Part shown: piece by piece, positions 1 to 13,349 of the stretch
Layout: each line of letters starts with the position of its first letter
Position numbering within the stretch: position 1 is the first letter of the stretch
Source: Lama glama
Taxonomy: Eukaryota
Direction: 5' to 3'
Length of the DNA stretch: 64,000 nt
NCBI GenBank assembly: GCA_028534125.1
Contig: CM052817.1
Location: forward strand, 60,576,001-60,640,000
The notes under the pieces: model-generated
What the model saw: only the letters and a program-made list of their open reading frames with translations
What the model was told of the DNA's origin: nothing
The model's database searches: none
Translations under genes and position numbers: made by a program

Positions 1-700
1 GGTAAGACATCATAATTATTGGGGACTTCCGCCATTTGTCCATAAGAACATTCTGCAAAAACTAGATATTTGGATCGGTTATAAACTTAATATGGGGGCC
101 TGTCATGAGACCTAACTCCTACCAACAGAGAGGAACTTATTAAAAAAGAAAAACAAAGCAAGAACCCTGAAAAAAATTATCATTTAATTCTGCAGTGTGA
201 GCAAGCCAGAAAAAGAAGTGATATGCAGAGTTAGAAACTGCAAGATAGTGAAAGTCCACTTTTTACAAAGCTTACAGAAAGAATGACTACGAGTCCACAT
301 AATAATAAAGTGAAGATGCCACAAAAGGAAAGGGACACTGTCGAAAATGGACTTCAGACCATGCAATCACAGATGGTGCTGATGAAGAAGAAATTGTTGA
401 GATACCAAAAGAAATCAAGTGTAACTGCGCAGGGAGTTTTCCCGTGAACGTGAGAACATGTAAAATGATGGAAGTAGCGGTACATACGCAAGAATGATTA
501 CAGAATAATAATACAGACACCTAAGAAAAATTCCAGTGAGTTTAAAGCAAAAATGGAATTGAGAATTCCTAAGGAAGCAGAAAAGAATGTTAAAAATTCT
601 TTTCAAATCAAGAAGGATAATAAAAAGACGAAGGTCTGTTGCTTGAGACTGAGGGTTACATATTAACAGATGACCGGAGGAAGCCAACTACTCTATTCCA
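1..700 (+). mobile_element. Ancient CR1/L3 LINE fragment, endonuclease region
   Basis: 9-29 reads IIIIGDF and 109-141 reads DLTPTNREELI, resembling the CR1 ORF2 motifs GDFN and LDL.LTN.EELV. Right edge uncertain. Confidence 0.55.
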
Positions 701-864
701 TTTAACTTTTCCCTTTAGACAGGACAGAGGATAATTTTCACTCTAGAAAGAAAATGATTGCCATATATAAGAGAATGCACCCATCTGCTTTGATTACATC
801 TTGTATTATTGTGAAGACTTGAAATCGACATTGCTGAATTATTACTGGTTTATTCCTGTTATCA

Positions 865-1040
865 GGTAAACCTTTATATATGCCAAACACCCCATAAAGT
901 ACTTTACAATTAGCAACTCAGTTACTCCTTAAAGCAACTCTGCAAGGTTGATGATCTTTCCACAATTATAATGAACAGACGATGGACATTAAATAGACGG
1001 GGTTATCTTCACACTCAAGATCTACCTGTCCAGTGAAACC
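865..1040 (-). mobile_element. MIR SINE, degenerate
   Basis: Weak similarity to the antisense MIR 3' half. Confidence 0.45.
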
Positions 1041-1149
1041 ATTTGATTTTAAATGAGGTTATTTGGTATAACTTGTTCTTGTTGAGCTCATATTGTCCTG
1101 GGGATTTCTGATTAGTGTTAATAATCTGCTCATAATCTAATTCTCAGTA

Positions 1150-1430
1150 ATCAAATGAAGAATCCTACGCTATTTAGACATTAAACTGACCAATTATTGA
1201 AAGATGCAGATTGTGTCATGCTGATCAAATCTTTAGCTGATAAGAAGTTGGGAATGACAGAATCTTAAGGCTGCAGGAAGGACTGAATTTAGTTGAAACA
1301 ACAGGAAGGGGAATCTCCTGTTTTTTCTTTTTTTAAGGGAAAGGGTTATATTAGATGGATTAGCATAGAGAAGCCTGAGTGTGGCTGAGGATGAATATTA
1401 TACTTCACCAATCTCTGTATCAGTTGTCTT
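1150..1430 (+). mobile_element. CR1/L3 fragment, C-terminal part of RT
   Basis: atgctgatcaaatctttagctgataagaagttggga resembles LIKFADD.KLG, with indels. Confidence 0.35.
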
Positions 1431-1704
1431 ATACCATTATAACAATGATTTATAGTTCAAAAGTCAAGACTTCCAAAAAACCATGAACTACTTTGAAATT
1501 TGTGTAGATTCCCTTGTATACACTCCTCTGGTGTAGCTCATCCATATATACATCTTTAATAAAGGCCTTAGAATGACACTAGGCTTCCTGTGCTTAAGAT
1601 CCAGATACCTTCTGGACATCTTGACCTGGTTGCCCCTTGGGTGTATGGAACTGATCTTATTTGTGAATTTCCATACAAACTGATTTCTTCTGTATAGCCT
1701 GTAT

Positions 1705-2640
1705 TTATCAATCAGGATAAGCTAGGTTATTCTATTGTAGCCAACACCCAGAAACCTTAATATTTTGATAAAACAAGGGTTTATTTTTAGCACATACTTT
1801 GTGAGGATGATCTGAGGAGAGTGGTCCCTGCCATCTGTCATCAACATTCATGTTCCTGGACTTAGGCTGTTTGAGTTATTTATTGATGTATAACATATCA
1901 CTCCAAATTTTAGTGGCTTCACACAACAGTCACATTACCTCTCATGGATCTGCGGGTTGAGTAGGCTTAGTGGGTGGGCCTTCTGCTCCCCACGATGTCT
2001 CCTGGGTCTGCAGTCACCTGAGACATTGATAGGGCTGAACTGTCCAACACAAATCACTCCCATGGAGATCGATGCTGAATGTTGGCTGAGCGTTCCAGTG
2101 GGACTGTTGGGACTGTTGGCTGAACAACCTACGTGTAGTCTGTTTATGCGGCTTGGGCTTCTCACAGCAGGGCAGCAGGGCCCTGGAGGTCATGTCCCGA
2201 GAGCAAGTGTTCCAAGAGGGAGGAAGTGGAAGATGCCATTCCAGACTGGACCTGAAATTGGCCTCGCATCATTTCTGCTGCATCCTCTTAGTTTAAGCAG
2301 TCAATTCCATGATTCATGGAGGAAAAAACCACCTCTTAATCAGGAGAGTTAAAAAACATTGTGACTGTCTTTAGTTCACAGGCTGTTAGATCAATGATTG
2401 TCTAGGATTTGCTTGTAATCACAACAGTTTAAGAAAGAGAGAGCTGCAGGCCCTCACATCAGCAAAGAAAATCCTTATCTTCAAAGTGACACCTTTACTT
2501 CAGCTCACGATCCTCCAGGCAGCATTGCTCTAATGGCTGTACTATAAGGATATAAGAAGGTATGATCCTGCTCTGTATCTTGAAGAGGACAGGAACAGAG
2601 CGTTTAGTAAACAGCACTAATGGTAACTGCGCCACGTCTT
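1705..2640 (-). mobile_element. Old MLT1J/K-like MaLR LTR, interrupted by a second MLT1
   Basis: caggataagctaggttattctattgtagccaacacccag...gtttattt start; similar sequence resumes after 2381. Confidence 0.6.
1868..2380 (-). mobile_element. MLT1F/G-like solo LTR nested in the older LTR
   Basis: TG...CA ends and typical antisense start tgtttgagttatttattgatgtataac...ttagtggctt. AGGCTGTT is repeated at both junctions. Confidence 0.75.
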
Positions 2641-2689
2641 GGTTGTGAATGGACTCGGTGAATGCAGTTATCTGCACACAGATTCAAGG

Positions 2690-2930
2690 CATAAACCTCC
2701 GATTTGTCACTCTTGTCATTACCCACAATCAGGAAGTCACCACTTCCTACTGATTCTCTCTTCCCTGTAGCTCCAATTTGTTTCCTGCTCTCTATCTACC
2801 GCTGTCCTCATTAACCATTGCCGGGAATATCACGACGACTTAATTGTCTTCCTTATTCTAGGTGGGCTCCCCTCTGTTTGTCAAACCAGACCCAGAAAGA
2901 GGTTTTAGAAGAGAATGGCATTTCCTTATA
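2690..2930 (+). mobile_element. L2 LINE fragment
   Basis: Pyrimidine-rich, L2-like text (acccacaatcaggaagtcacc...). Confidence 0.4.
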
Positions 2931-4349
2931 AGAATATACCATGTTTTGTTTGATTCTCTCCGATTCTAAGGTATTAAGAAGACTCACTTTTCATTAATGA
3001 AAATACTCTTACCAGCTTTATTCTTTACTTGTGAATATCTGTGTTCATTTCCTTTTCTGGTTTATTGTCAAATTGCTTTTATAAAGTATAGTCTTAAATC
3101 TGGAATTTCAGGATAAAATAATATTCAAGCTTAGAGTCTTTAACCTTAGGTGATGATTTTCCCTCCCTAAAGGCTATAACAGTTTATTCTCCCACTAGTA
3201 AAAAACATTAAAATATTTCTTTTCTCACCCCACATCAAACTCAGTATATTACTCTTTTCAATTTTTACGAATTCAATAGATTGAAAATGCATACTAATAT
3301 TGCTTTAAAATGCGTTTCTTTGATTATTAATGCTGCTGAGTATTTTACCCAATTCTTTATTTGATTACTTGTACATATTTTCTTGTTAATTTGAAAATGT
3401 TCTTTATACATTAAAAATAAAATATTCTGTATGCCATATATGTTGAAAACATTTATTCTCTATTTTCAAGTTATCTTTTAATTCCTCATCTTTTCATACA
3501 TTAAAATTTTCAGCTTACGTTTATGCTTTTTGTTTTATTGATCTATTTTGACAAAGTTTTTACTATAGAAGTTTAATGATATATTTTAATTACAACATTG
3601 GTGGGATAAATCCATTGTAATATTTTTATTTTTCAAAACATTCTTTTACTACTATGCATTTTTTTTAATTTTAGAGGATTTGAATTATTAAATTGTATTA
3701 ACAACAACAACAAAAACCCCTTAAGATAATTTCACTGAGCTTGCATCAGATTTTTATATTAATTTTGGACAAACATGGCATCTTCAAAATATTTCTTTCT
3801 CTAATTTAGAAGAGCTCACCAACCTCTTGGGTGTTCCAGGCAGGCAATTATATCCTCATTAGAAATCATGACTTGAGTTCCTGCTTTAAATATTTTGTCT
3901 CGTTTTAAATTTATTAACTATTATTTCCACAATATTAAGTAATAGTAACAAAATATACTCACCTGTCTTGTTTCTGATTTTAGTAAGAATTGCTTCAGCA
4001 TAATATGATAGTTTATTTGGAACTGGTACTTTTTTTTTTAGTAAGTTAAGAAATTATACAACTTTATATTGAAAATTAAAGATTGGATTCTACTGCATCA
4101 AATTCTACTTCAGCATCTACTCAGAAGTTTTTCCCCCCTTTGATCTAGTAATGAATCATCTCTGGATAAATAATATTTAGTTGCTATATTATTTTATAAA
4201 ATAATACTGAATTCAATATGCTACTACTATTCATATGGTAATTTTATATAAGGGAGATTAATTTTCTTTGTGTGCTATTTTTGTCAGATTCTGATGTCTG
4301 ATATTTTGACTGTATTTGATATTTAATATTGACTGTATTTAACAGTTAC

Positions 4350-4810
4350 GAAGAGTATTAGGTATCACTATAATAAGAGCATCCCTAAGTTAGTGTTTAA
4401 AAAACACACCATTTCTATTTCTCATGAGTGTATGAATCAGTCAGTTGGTTCTGCTGTTCTGGATGTGTTTGGTTTATCTCAGCCAGGCTTAGTCAGCATC
4501 TGCGGTCTGCTGGCAGGTCACCTGAGAGAGAAAGGATATAAGGAATCCTCAATGGGGATAACTCATCTCTCCCTCCAGCAATCTAGTTGAGGCATGTTTT
4601 CATGGTGGCATCAGAGGTCCAAGACAGAATGTTGAACCATGCGTGTGCCTTGGAAAGTTTCTGCTTGCATTAAGTTTGCTACTGTTCCATTGGCATTGGC
4701 TAAGCAAATGATATAGCCAGGTCCAGAGTTAGCATAAAAAAAGACACTATCATAGAGCATAGATACTGAGAGATGTGAAAAGTTGAAGGCAATAATACAA
4801 TCAAGCCACA
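4350..4810 (-). mobile_element. MLT1H-like solo LTR
   Basis: catttctatttctcatgagtgtatg...ttggttctgctg...gtttgctactgttccattggc...agccaca. Confidence 0.7.
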
Positions 4811-5954
4811 ACAGAAAAAGTTATTTTCTTTCCCATTCTCTGCAATTTTTAAAAATGGTTTAGGGATTATCTGTCCAAAGTTAAGTCCTCAAGTCTTCAT
4901 AACACAATTTTGGCTGTGTAAACTTTCTTTAAAAATAGAATTCTTTTCATAAAGGTTTTAAAATACTGTAGCATATTTTTGTGCCTAGACTCTTCTTAAT
5001 GAAAAAAACTTCTTTGTGACTGTAATGGTACTTTATTCCTAAAGTTGTTTGCTTTTGTGTTCCCTCCTCATTCTTAACTGGTCTTATCAGAAACATGTCC
5101 ATTTTATTAATGATGTAAAAGAACCAGTTCCTAGATTTCTTTCTGTTAGTTTTACTGTGTTCCTGTTTCTAATTATTAGTTTCTGGCTTTTTCTTTTATA
5201 TATTCCATTTTCTACCTTGCAGAGAATTTATTTTATGACTCTTCAGTGGAATGCTTTCATTTATTTTTATTTACTGTACTTAATCGTGATACTTAACTTG
5301 AATATTCATCTGAGATCAGTTTGGCTCCACTCTATAAAGTTTTGATACATAGACCAATATTTATATTTTCTAAATATGTGAAATATCCTTTTATATTATT
5401 TTTGGTAGAGATATTTATTTAAATCTGTTAGTAATTTTTAAAAATATGTTATTAATGTCTATTATTACTGCATTTTTGTCACATAATGTGAACTATCCCA
5501 TTTATCTATTTTGTAACTTGCTCAAAATTTCAGAATATTTAGTTATTTTGGTCCACTAATATAAAGTTAATGTTCCACAGATGCTTAAAAATGTGCTATA
5601 TTAACTGTGGAATGTACAATTTACATAATTAGTGATTGAATTATGAGAATGATAATATTATTAGAAGTGTTCATATAGTTATTTTTATATGTTGTCAGTT
5701 ATAGATAACTAATGATGCTTAAATTTTTCTATCCCATATGCATTTCTGTCTATATCTGTGTATATCTCTTTTTATATGTGTTTTTTTCTCTTTCTAATAT
5801 TTTTACTTTGTATATGTGTGCTGTCTTTTTTAGCATATAAGATTTCATCAGCTGTAGTTTTGTAACATTTTGTCATATTTAATAATTTTCCTTCAATTTT
5901 TTTTGTCTGATGTAGGTATTGTTACACTAGCTTCTTTTTTTTTTATTTTTCAGC

Positions 5955-6162
5955 AATAATAATAGCTAACACTTATTGACACTTCCCTGTGGAACATAAA
6001 CAGTTATTAAATATTTTACATACAATGTTTTATCAGTTATTACAAGAACCTTATGAAGTGTATATGATACTTGTTCCATTTACAGACCTGATAAATAGCA
6101 GAGCTGGAATTTGAACTTAAGCTATCTGCCTCCAAACTAAGGTTTTTAGAAACTATACTCTA
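5955..6162 (-). mobile_element. MIR SINE
   Basis: aataatagctaacacttattga...agcagagctggaatttgaac...tctgcctccaaa. Confidence 0.75.
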
Positions 6163-6219
6163 TTCCTTCTTTTATATGCTGCTTGGTTTTATAAGAATTA
6201 AGTAATTTTCCCCCTCTCT

Positions 6220-7620
6220 TTAAGTTCACTGAGTCTTTATATGGCTGTGTCAAATCTACTAATAAGCCCATCAAAGGCATTTTTCACCTCTATTCCTATG
6301 ATGATGATTATTAATATTATCATTATTTCTGGAATTTTCTATTTGATTATTCGTAAAAGAGTCCATCTCTGCTGAAATTTTCCATCTGTTCATGCACATT
6401 GCCCACTTTTTCTGTGAGAGACTTTACCATATTAATCATGGTAATTTTAAATATCCTTTTACTTTCAACATCTGAGTCGTATCTGCGTCTGGCTCGGTAA
6501 TTGGTTTATCCCTCAAGAGTGTTTTGGGTTTTTTTTTTTCTTGCTTTTTAATATGTCTTGTTATATCTGAATGGAAGATGAACATTATACAAGAAGACTA
6601 GAGAATAAGGTGAACAGTACTTATGCCTGGAGGTGGGCATGCCTCTTCTTCCGCTAGGCTTTTATTGTGGGCTGTTGCGTCAATCCAGTCAAGTCAGTGT
6701 CTCTTGATTTAGGCTTTGTTATTATTTGTTGCACTCAACGTACTACAGGCTTCAAAGCCTCTTAGTTTGGGGGTTGGTCACCAGGGAGAATTTCTCACTC
6801 TTCCTCAGCATTAGATTCTCCTGTGAGCCTGTGCCTCCAAGAGTGTATTTTTATACTGTAGCCTCTCTGTCAATGATGGAGAGCTGCTGCTTGTTACTCA
6901 GCGCTTGTTACTCTGGTTGTGGAGGGTTGGGGAGCCATTCTTAGGCTTAGGCCAGCCCTGTGTCCCTGGACTGAGTATGTGGCTATCTCTGTGATCCTGC
7001 CCTCCTCCTCATGGCAGCCCAAACTTTCCCTTAAGTATTTGGCAGGCTTTATGCTAATAAGAGATTTTACTCTTTCTGTAGTAGCTGCTGTTTTGCTTTT
7101 ACCCTTTTCTCGGTGTCAATGGGTTTTCCCTTGTGCCTCGGACAACAGGGTTTGCTGTCCCTCTCACAGTGACTTAAGGCTTTTGTTCCCTGAGGGTTGA
7201 GAGGAGAAAGATCCTGGTGAAGCTTTGCCCCTTTCCCACCACAGAGGCTGCTCCCCTCCCTGGAGCTGCGGCACTGACCAACGTTCTCCGCGCTCCTAAG
7301 TACCCGCTTGTGCTGTTCTTCCCTGCACGCTCTACACTCTCGTGCAAGCCCACACTTGGTTTATGTCATTTATTTTAAAAATTAGCAGAAATCTTCCCGC
7401 TTCCTTTTATGATGACCTTGTTTTACTTCCGTGCTCTGTTCCAGCTAAGCCAGCACTCATGCCCCTCTCTGTCCTTGCAGGAGTCTGTCTTTCCTTATAT
7501 TTCAAGCTAGGAGGTTGACCTGAGATCTCAGCCCTTGGATTGGGTTGAGAGCAGTTATGATTTTGTGGATCACCTGGCTTTTTCTCTTGTTTCTAGCTTT
7601 TTCCATCCTAAGCAGAGGCT
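6220..7620 (-). mobile_element. L1M 5'UTR/ORF1 fragment, antisense
   Basis: ctgtgtcaaatctactaataagcccatcaaaggcattttt (antisense ORF1-like), followed by a more GC-rich 5'UTR-like segment. Confidence 0.6.
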
Positions 7621-7974
7621 GGAAATGTAATTCATGTAAATGAAAATACCTCTGTTGGACATGATGTGTTTTTCTTCCTAATACTTGTTCTTCTGTTACT
7701 ATTATGTGTGTTTGCACATTTATGTTCTATCTTTCACAATGTATATATTTATCTTCTTTTATGATTTAGAAGGTACAAATCCTGTTTTTAATTTATCTGG
7801 AGAATGTATTTAAGTTTATTTAAAGTAACTTAATATACCTTAATTACAAAATCTCATACTGAAATGATTATTTTTGTTTCTCTTCATGCATGATAATTAA
7901 GGTCTCTTTACTTCCTCAGTTCTTCAGCTTCAAATCCATTTTTGGAAGAAAACATTAGTTGATAAATACTAACA

Positions 7975-8051
<77 letters not shown>

Positions 8052-8085
8052 TATACCTACACACATATACATATATATATATATA
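7975..8085. repeat. Compound microsatellite (CT)n(AT)n(AC)n(AT)n
   Basis: Directly visible. Confidence 0.97.
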
Positions 8086-10329
8086 AAATCTAAAAATATT
8101 ACTTCTCAAGAATTTTTCCCTTGCATTCAATTTTGCAAAGATATTAATACATTTTTCTAAGGCCTAGCTTCATATATGTACTGGCTTCCCAATTTATCTT
8201 TTAATCTCTTTATACTTTTGTATTTTCCATTCTTTGGTTCTGGATTTTGATTCATCCCATAGTCATCTCAGCTAAATTCTCTTGCCAAAGGAAGAGTATT
8301 AAAAAAGGCATATTTATTTTTTAATTCATGGGGATTTGAGAAATTTTCCGAAATGAATGACAATTTGGTATTCTTGGTGTTTTTTTTTTTTAAGTCTGAC
8401 AACATAACATGCTTTTTTATCTGACATTTGCTTCAGAGGAGAAGAAAACTAAAGGTATCTTTATTTACATCTGAAACTAGTTTAATTTTTTGTTTCTTTG
8501 CAGATAATCTGTTTCTGTGCTTAGATGCAAGAAGAAAAATTTTTATGCCTTGAGAATTAAAAAAAATCACCAGATTAGATATAAAAATGGGATTTTTTTA
8601 ATTTCAGTTTTTCCTGTGACTTGGTGGAAACCTTTGTGTTTATAAACAATCTTTCTTGGCTTAGAAAAATTTTCTTCCATTATTTTTTTAACTATTGAAC
8701 TTATTTTTGTTGACCTAGTTTCATCTGGAAAATCTCAAAGTCTTAGATTACATTTTTATGTCTGCAGGTCATATTTGAAATTATTTTTTCTTTTGGCCAT
8801 TTGCTGTGCCTTCCCAGAGAGTTTTTTAAATACATTCATCATATAATTTATTTAATAATCCTGACATGCCATTTATGTGCTTTACTATTCCCAATTTTAA
8901 TTTTTATTTTCTTTTCTGTCTTCTGTTTCCATATCATCTCATCTTTTGTATCTTTATCTTCTTTTTGGCCTGTCCTCTCTTCTGGTTCTCTACTGATATG
9001 TAGAGGACTTTAATCAGATTATAGTACAACACTTTTATCTGAGGCAGTCGATTATTTATGTGAGGTATGCACTGCCTCTGAGACTTAAGAGTAATATTTC
9101 TATTTCTGTAGGGTGCAATGATTTTTCATTTGTTTGTTTGCACTTGTATGAACTCTCTAGGCTCAATCTTTACTTCTGTCAACAGATAAAATGAAGCACC
9201 CTTAACTTCCCCTACAGTCCATTTAGTTATGGTCAACTTTTCTTTCTCTGATCTAGGATTATAGATCAAATTGGTATGCTCAACATTTAATTAAATTTAC
9301 CATATCATATAAGTGGGCATTCCACTTGTTTGGATTTTTTGAACTGAGAGTTACTTAACTTAGTTGATCTAATCATGGTAGAGCATTTATTCCGGGCACC
9401 ACATGGTTTATGCCACATCACTAAATAACTAAGCCTTCCAAAATCAAAACCTTTGTCACTTAACCTTTTCTACTTTCTTAAACTTACCATGTTTCCTGCT
9501 TTGAGTAGTAGTCTCTGAATATTTGTACAAAGAGAAACTGAGGAGGTGACATAGAAGGGCAGGACAAGGGCTCTGGTTGTTAATGACGGTGATTCTCATA
9601 CAGCCTAGGATGGCTGACTGCTTTTCTGGTCCATGTAGCTCTTGTAGCCTAAAATTGCTCATAATCAAAAGGGCTTACATTGTATAGGGAGAATCAAAGT
9701 ACATTTCTAGCTTTCTTGTGCTAACTTGAAAAAGAATATATGAGGCTGCTAAAGACATATATTTAGAATAATTATTCCATCCTAGAGCTTTGCATAAACA
9801 AAGGAATTATATAATATAAAGAGAATCAAAGTGTTTTTATACTTTCCTTGGACTAATCTGCCCTATTCTGGTGATAAGTATGAAATGTGAATTATGCAGA
9901 TGAAGTAAATATATGCTTTCAAATTCGTTGTCAATACCAATTTAGTCAATAGAAACTCTATAAGAATTTATTGTATATCCTTTTCCTAACTTGAGTTATG
10001 GGCAGCATTAATACTTTGTGTTTGTTTGTTTATTATTTGGTTGAAACCATTGTGGACATTTCTAAAATGGATACTTGGAAACGTTGTATCACAGCTAGCT
10101 AGTGTTAAATTAAGTTTCAGACACAGTCACTATAAATTAAGTCCTCCAATTCATGCCATCTTAAAAGTTTAGTTACCTCTTTCTTTACCTTAAGTTTAAT
10201 ACTTTTTTCCAGTCTATAGCACTCTGTAAGTGTTTTAAAGCAAAAATGATTCATTTATTTCTTAAATTTAATTAATCTTATTGATTGAAATAAGAAAATA
10301 CAGAAATGGAAAATTATTCTGAAAATGCT

Positions 10330-11510
10330 ACATATGTTTGAAAGGAAAGCACAGCCATGAGAAATAAACAGAATAAATAAGTTAACACAGAACAAATTGT
10401 GCCAGACAAAGCTGGTTGCTTTTTTGATAGCTTTAGTAAATGAACAGTAGCTGTAATGCATCTTGACTTCTAGCAAAGTACTGGAGACAATGCCATGTGA
10501 AATTTTGATTGCAAAATTAATTTGAGTTGGCTTGAAAAACACTGTTAAATGAAATGTAAGCTGGTTGAAAGGACATACAAAGAAGAGTGTTGATTAATGT
10601 CAATGAACTAATAAACTGAGTGAGATCTTCAGTTAAATGTCACAGGTGTGGGTCTTAGGTTGAATCACCACTAAATGTTTTATTATCTTTTGGAGAAAAA
10701 ACAACACGAGGTTGATTGAATTAGAGCAGATAATTTAGCAGGGGACACTAGTGATTACAGAAACTACATAAAGACCTGAATTTATTTTGGAGAAAAAACA
10801 AGAAAACTTTACTATTTTATGTAAAGATTCCATCTTTTCATCACAAAAGGGAATTCTATGAAATATCAGTGCTTAAAGACCTTCAAGTTATGGAATTCTT
10901 CAAAACACTTAGAGAACTAAGTTAACTAATGTCTCAGGAAGACAAAAACCACCATTTCAACCCAATTAGTATCTATAATTGATCCAAAATGGGAAAATGT
11001 TGGTGACTTCTTAGCTAGAGAACATGGTAAAGTTGTTTACTATTACTTAGTAGAAATATGAAACCTAACTATAAAACTGGTAATCCTAGAACTTTTGGGC
11101 AGAACAGCAGAGGGAGAATTTTGAAGAAGGGGAGATAAATACATTCTTAACTATGGAGAATTTTTGGTAACACTAGAGATACTTGAAAATATTAGAAATA
11201 AAATTTTAGAAATAAAAATGTCTTAATATATCCAGATAAAATAAAGTTAAGTGTAAAAATAAGCCTTTTCAAAGTTGGTACTTTAATGCTAATGAAAAAC
11301 TAGTCAGCTGTTCTGTGAATGAGATAATCAGTTAGAATAAGAACAAAATCATTACAATCCATGAACTGGATTATTCTTACGATAAATTAAACATGCAAAA
11401 TTAAGAAGATAAGTTGGAGAAATTTGAGGATTCCTGCTCTTTCCCAGTGCTAGTGAGTTGGCAGAGTTTTTAATAACTTAGAAGACAGGGTTGGCTCCAT
11501 CTACCAAAAA
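10330..11510 (+). mobile_element. Ancient CR1/L3 LINE, RT domain to 3' region
   Basis: From 10453, frame-broken VMHLDF/SK, TMPCEILIAKL, SWLKGHT and SQVWVLG, in the same order as the CR1 RT motifs YLDFSKAFD..PH..L..KL, WL..R.QRV and PQGSVLGP. Confidence 0.7.
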
Positions 11511-11617
11511 CAGAGAGAGGAGATTGGAGTTACACTTATTCAACACGTATTTATTGAATACTTTATATGTGCACTATTTGGGTTTTGCAGCAGGTCCCAA
11601 ACATGATTAAACCAGAG

Positions 11618-12070
11618 GATAATAGTTTCCTGTGGCTGCCTTAACAAATTACCACCAACTGATTATCTTAAAACAACAAAAAGTTATTCTCTCACAGTTC
11701 TGGAGGCCAGCACTTCCAACTCAAGGTGTCAGCAAGGCTGCGCTCCCTCTGGAGGTTCTAGGGGAAAATTCCGTTTTTGTTTTTGTTTTTGTTTTTGTTT
11801 TTTTGCTTCTTTCAGTTTCTGGTTACTGTCGGCATTTTTTGACTTTTGGCAACATCACTCTAATCTCTGCCTCCCGTGACCTTACTGCCTCTCCTTCTGT
11901 CTGTAAAATGGATTCAGAGCCCACTCATGTAATCCAAGATAAAACTTGCATCTCAAGCTCCTTAATTTAATTACATCTACCAAGACCCTTTTTCCAAATA
12001 AAGTAACTTTTACAAATTCTAGAGACTAAAATTGGATGTCTTTAAGTTGCTATGATTCAACCTACTACCA
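11618..12070 (-). mobile_element. MLT1C-like solo LTR containing a (GTTTTT)n run
   Basis: agtttcctgtggctgccttaacaaattaccac...ttctctcacagttctggaggccag...ctccctctggagg. Confidence 0.85.
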
Positions 12071-12249
12071 GAGCAGTTTTTAGTAAACATTTTAAAGTTG
12101 AGTTTCTGTCTCCACACTGATATATACACAAGGCCATTCTCTTTCTCTTAGAATAAATACTTTACAAACACTGTGCAAGCATCTATAGCAGAATCAAGGT
12201 GTTTTCCACTTTAGGAGAATAGGGTTTTGAAAATGTAATCCATCTATTT

Positions 12250-13075
12250 GTTCCAAATTAGCATCCCAGGTAGTCATCTCCAATACGCATTCTCTTCATG
12301 CTGCTTTGCAATCTAGCATAAAAGCCTATTGATTCTGTTTCTGAAATGGATCTCAAGTGCTTCCCCATTCTGCTAATTCTCACTGAAATTCCTTAGGTTA
12401 AGGCCAAATAATTTATCCTGGGGTTGCTGCCTTCTAGTTGATGTTTTTCTTCTAATACTTGGCTCTCCTGTTCACCTTCACGTAACAGCAGATACATATA
12501 TTTGTCAAACACAGATCTTATTGTATTATCTACTTAATCTCTCTAGCTTTCAGAGACATACATGAAGACTAGTCTTCTTTTAAGAGCTTGCAAGACTTCT
12601 CATAAATTGATCATTTCTGTCCTTGTCCCTAGCTTTCACTTGCCATTCCTCCCCTTACTCCTTAATGCTGCACACTCACACACCTCTGATGTTCCCGCTA
12701 CAGGGAACTGTTCACCATTTCTTAAACACTTCATATATTACATTTGCTCATGTTATTCCCTGAACTAGGATGCTCTTCCCTCTCGTTTCTACTTTAAAAT
12801 TTTCTGCATAATTATTAAAGCACAAGTCACATATTACAATTTCTCTTAGTCTCCCCAGATCCATACTCTTTATCCTCATATTTCTTTATATGTAACTATT
12901 ATTGTATGTGTCATATTTTATTATGTTCAATTATTTGCTCTATGTGATTTATCTTTTAGGCTCTGACTACCTTGGAGGCAGAACTGGATGTTATCTATCT
13001 TTCTATCCCTAGTTGCTTGCATGGTTCTTGGCACACAGTAGATGCTCATAAAGCTCTGATGAACTAAATTAATTT
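12250..13075 (+). mobile_element. L2 LINE 3' portion
   Basis: Ends cttggcacacagtagatgctcataaa...tgaa, the L2 3' terminus. Confidence 0.7.
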
Positions 13076-13349
13076 AAATTAAAGACTTTGGTACATTTAA
13101 ATGGCATGACTTACCTGTATTTGTTTTATAATCATAAATATGGTTGAAGAATTAAGCAAAAAGCATCTAGAACCAGGAAATCAATGTGTAACAGCTCCTA
13201 CAGTAAAATAGGACGATGCATTGAATTGCTGATTCAGAAAACAGTTATTGAGTCAATATTGGTACTGCATAAAGCCAGATAATTCTAAAATAGAATTTTT
13301 AAAAATATGTATCTTTTAATCAAAGGCAAAAAACATCATATTTGTCAAG

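Larger units (their letters stand above)
2935..9200 (-). mobile_element. Highly decayed antisense L1M (L1ME-like) spanning several kb, with nested insertions
   Basis: Long T-rich strand bias with antisense L1 ORF2-like phrases (e.g. ctgtcttgtttctgattttagtaagaattgcttcagc, tcttatcagaaacatgtccattttatt). Confidence 0.6.

Noticed and set aside
1..8. G|GTAAGA donor-like sequence at the window start
   Set aside because: No upstream context, and it lies in a CR1-like fragment.
1957..2352. 131-aa ORF
   Set aside because: Lies wholly inside an MLT1 solo LTR; no recognisable protein.
11632..11970. 112-aa ORF with a hydrophobic VFVFVF run
   Set aside because: MLT1C sequence; the run is a translated (GTTTTT)n repeat.
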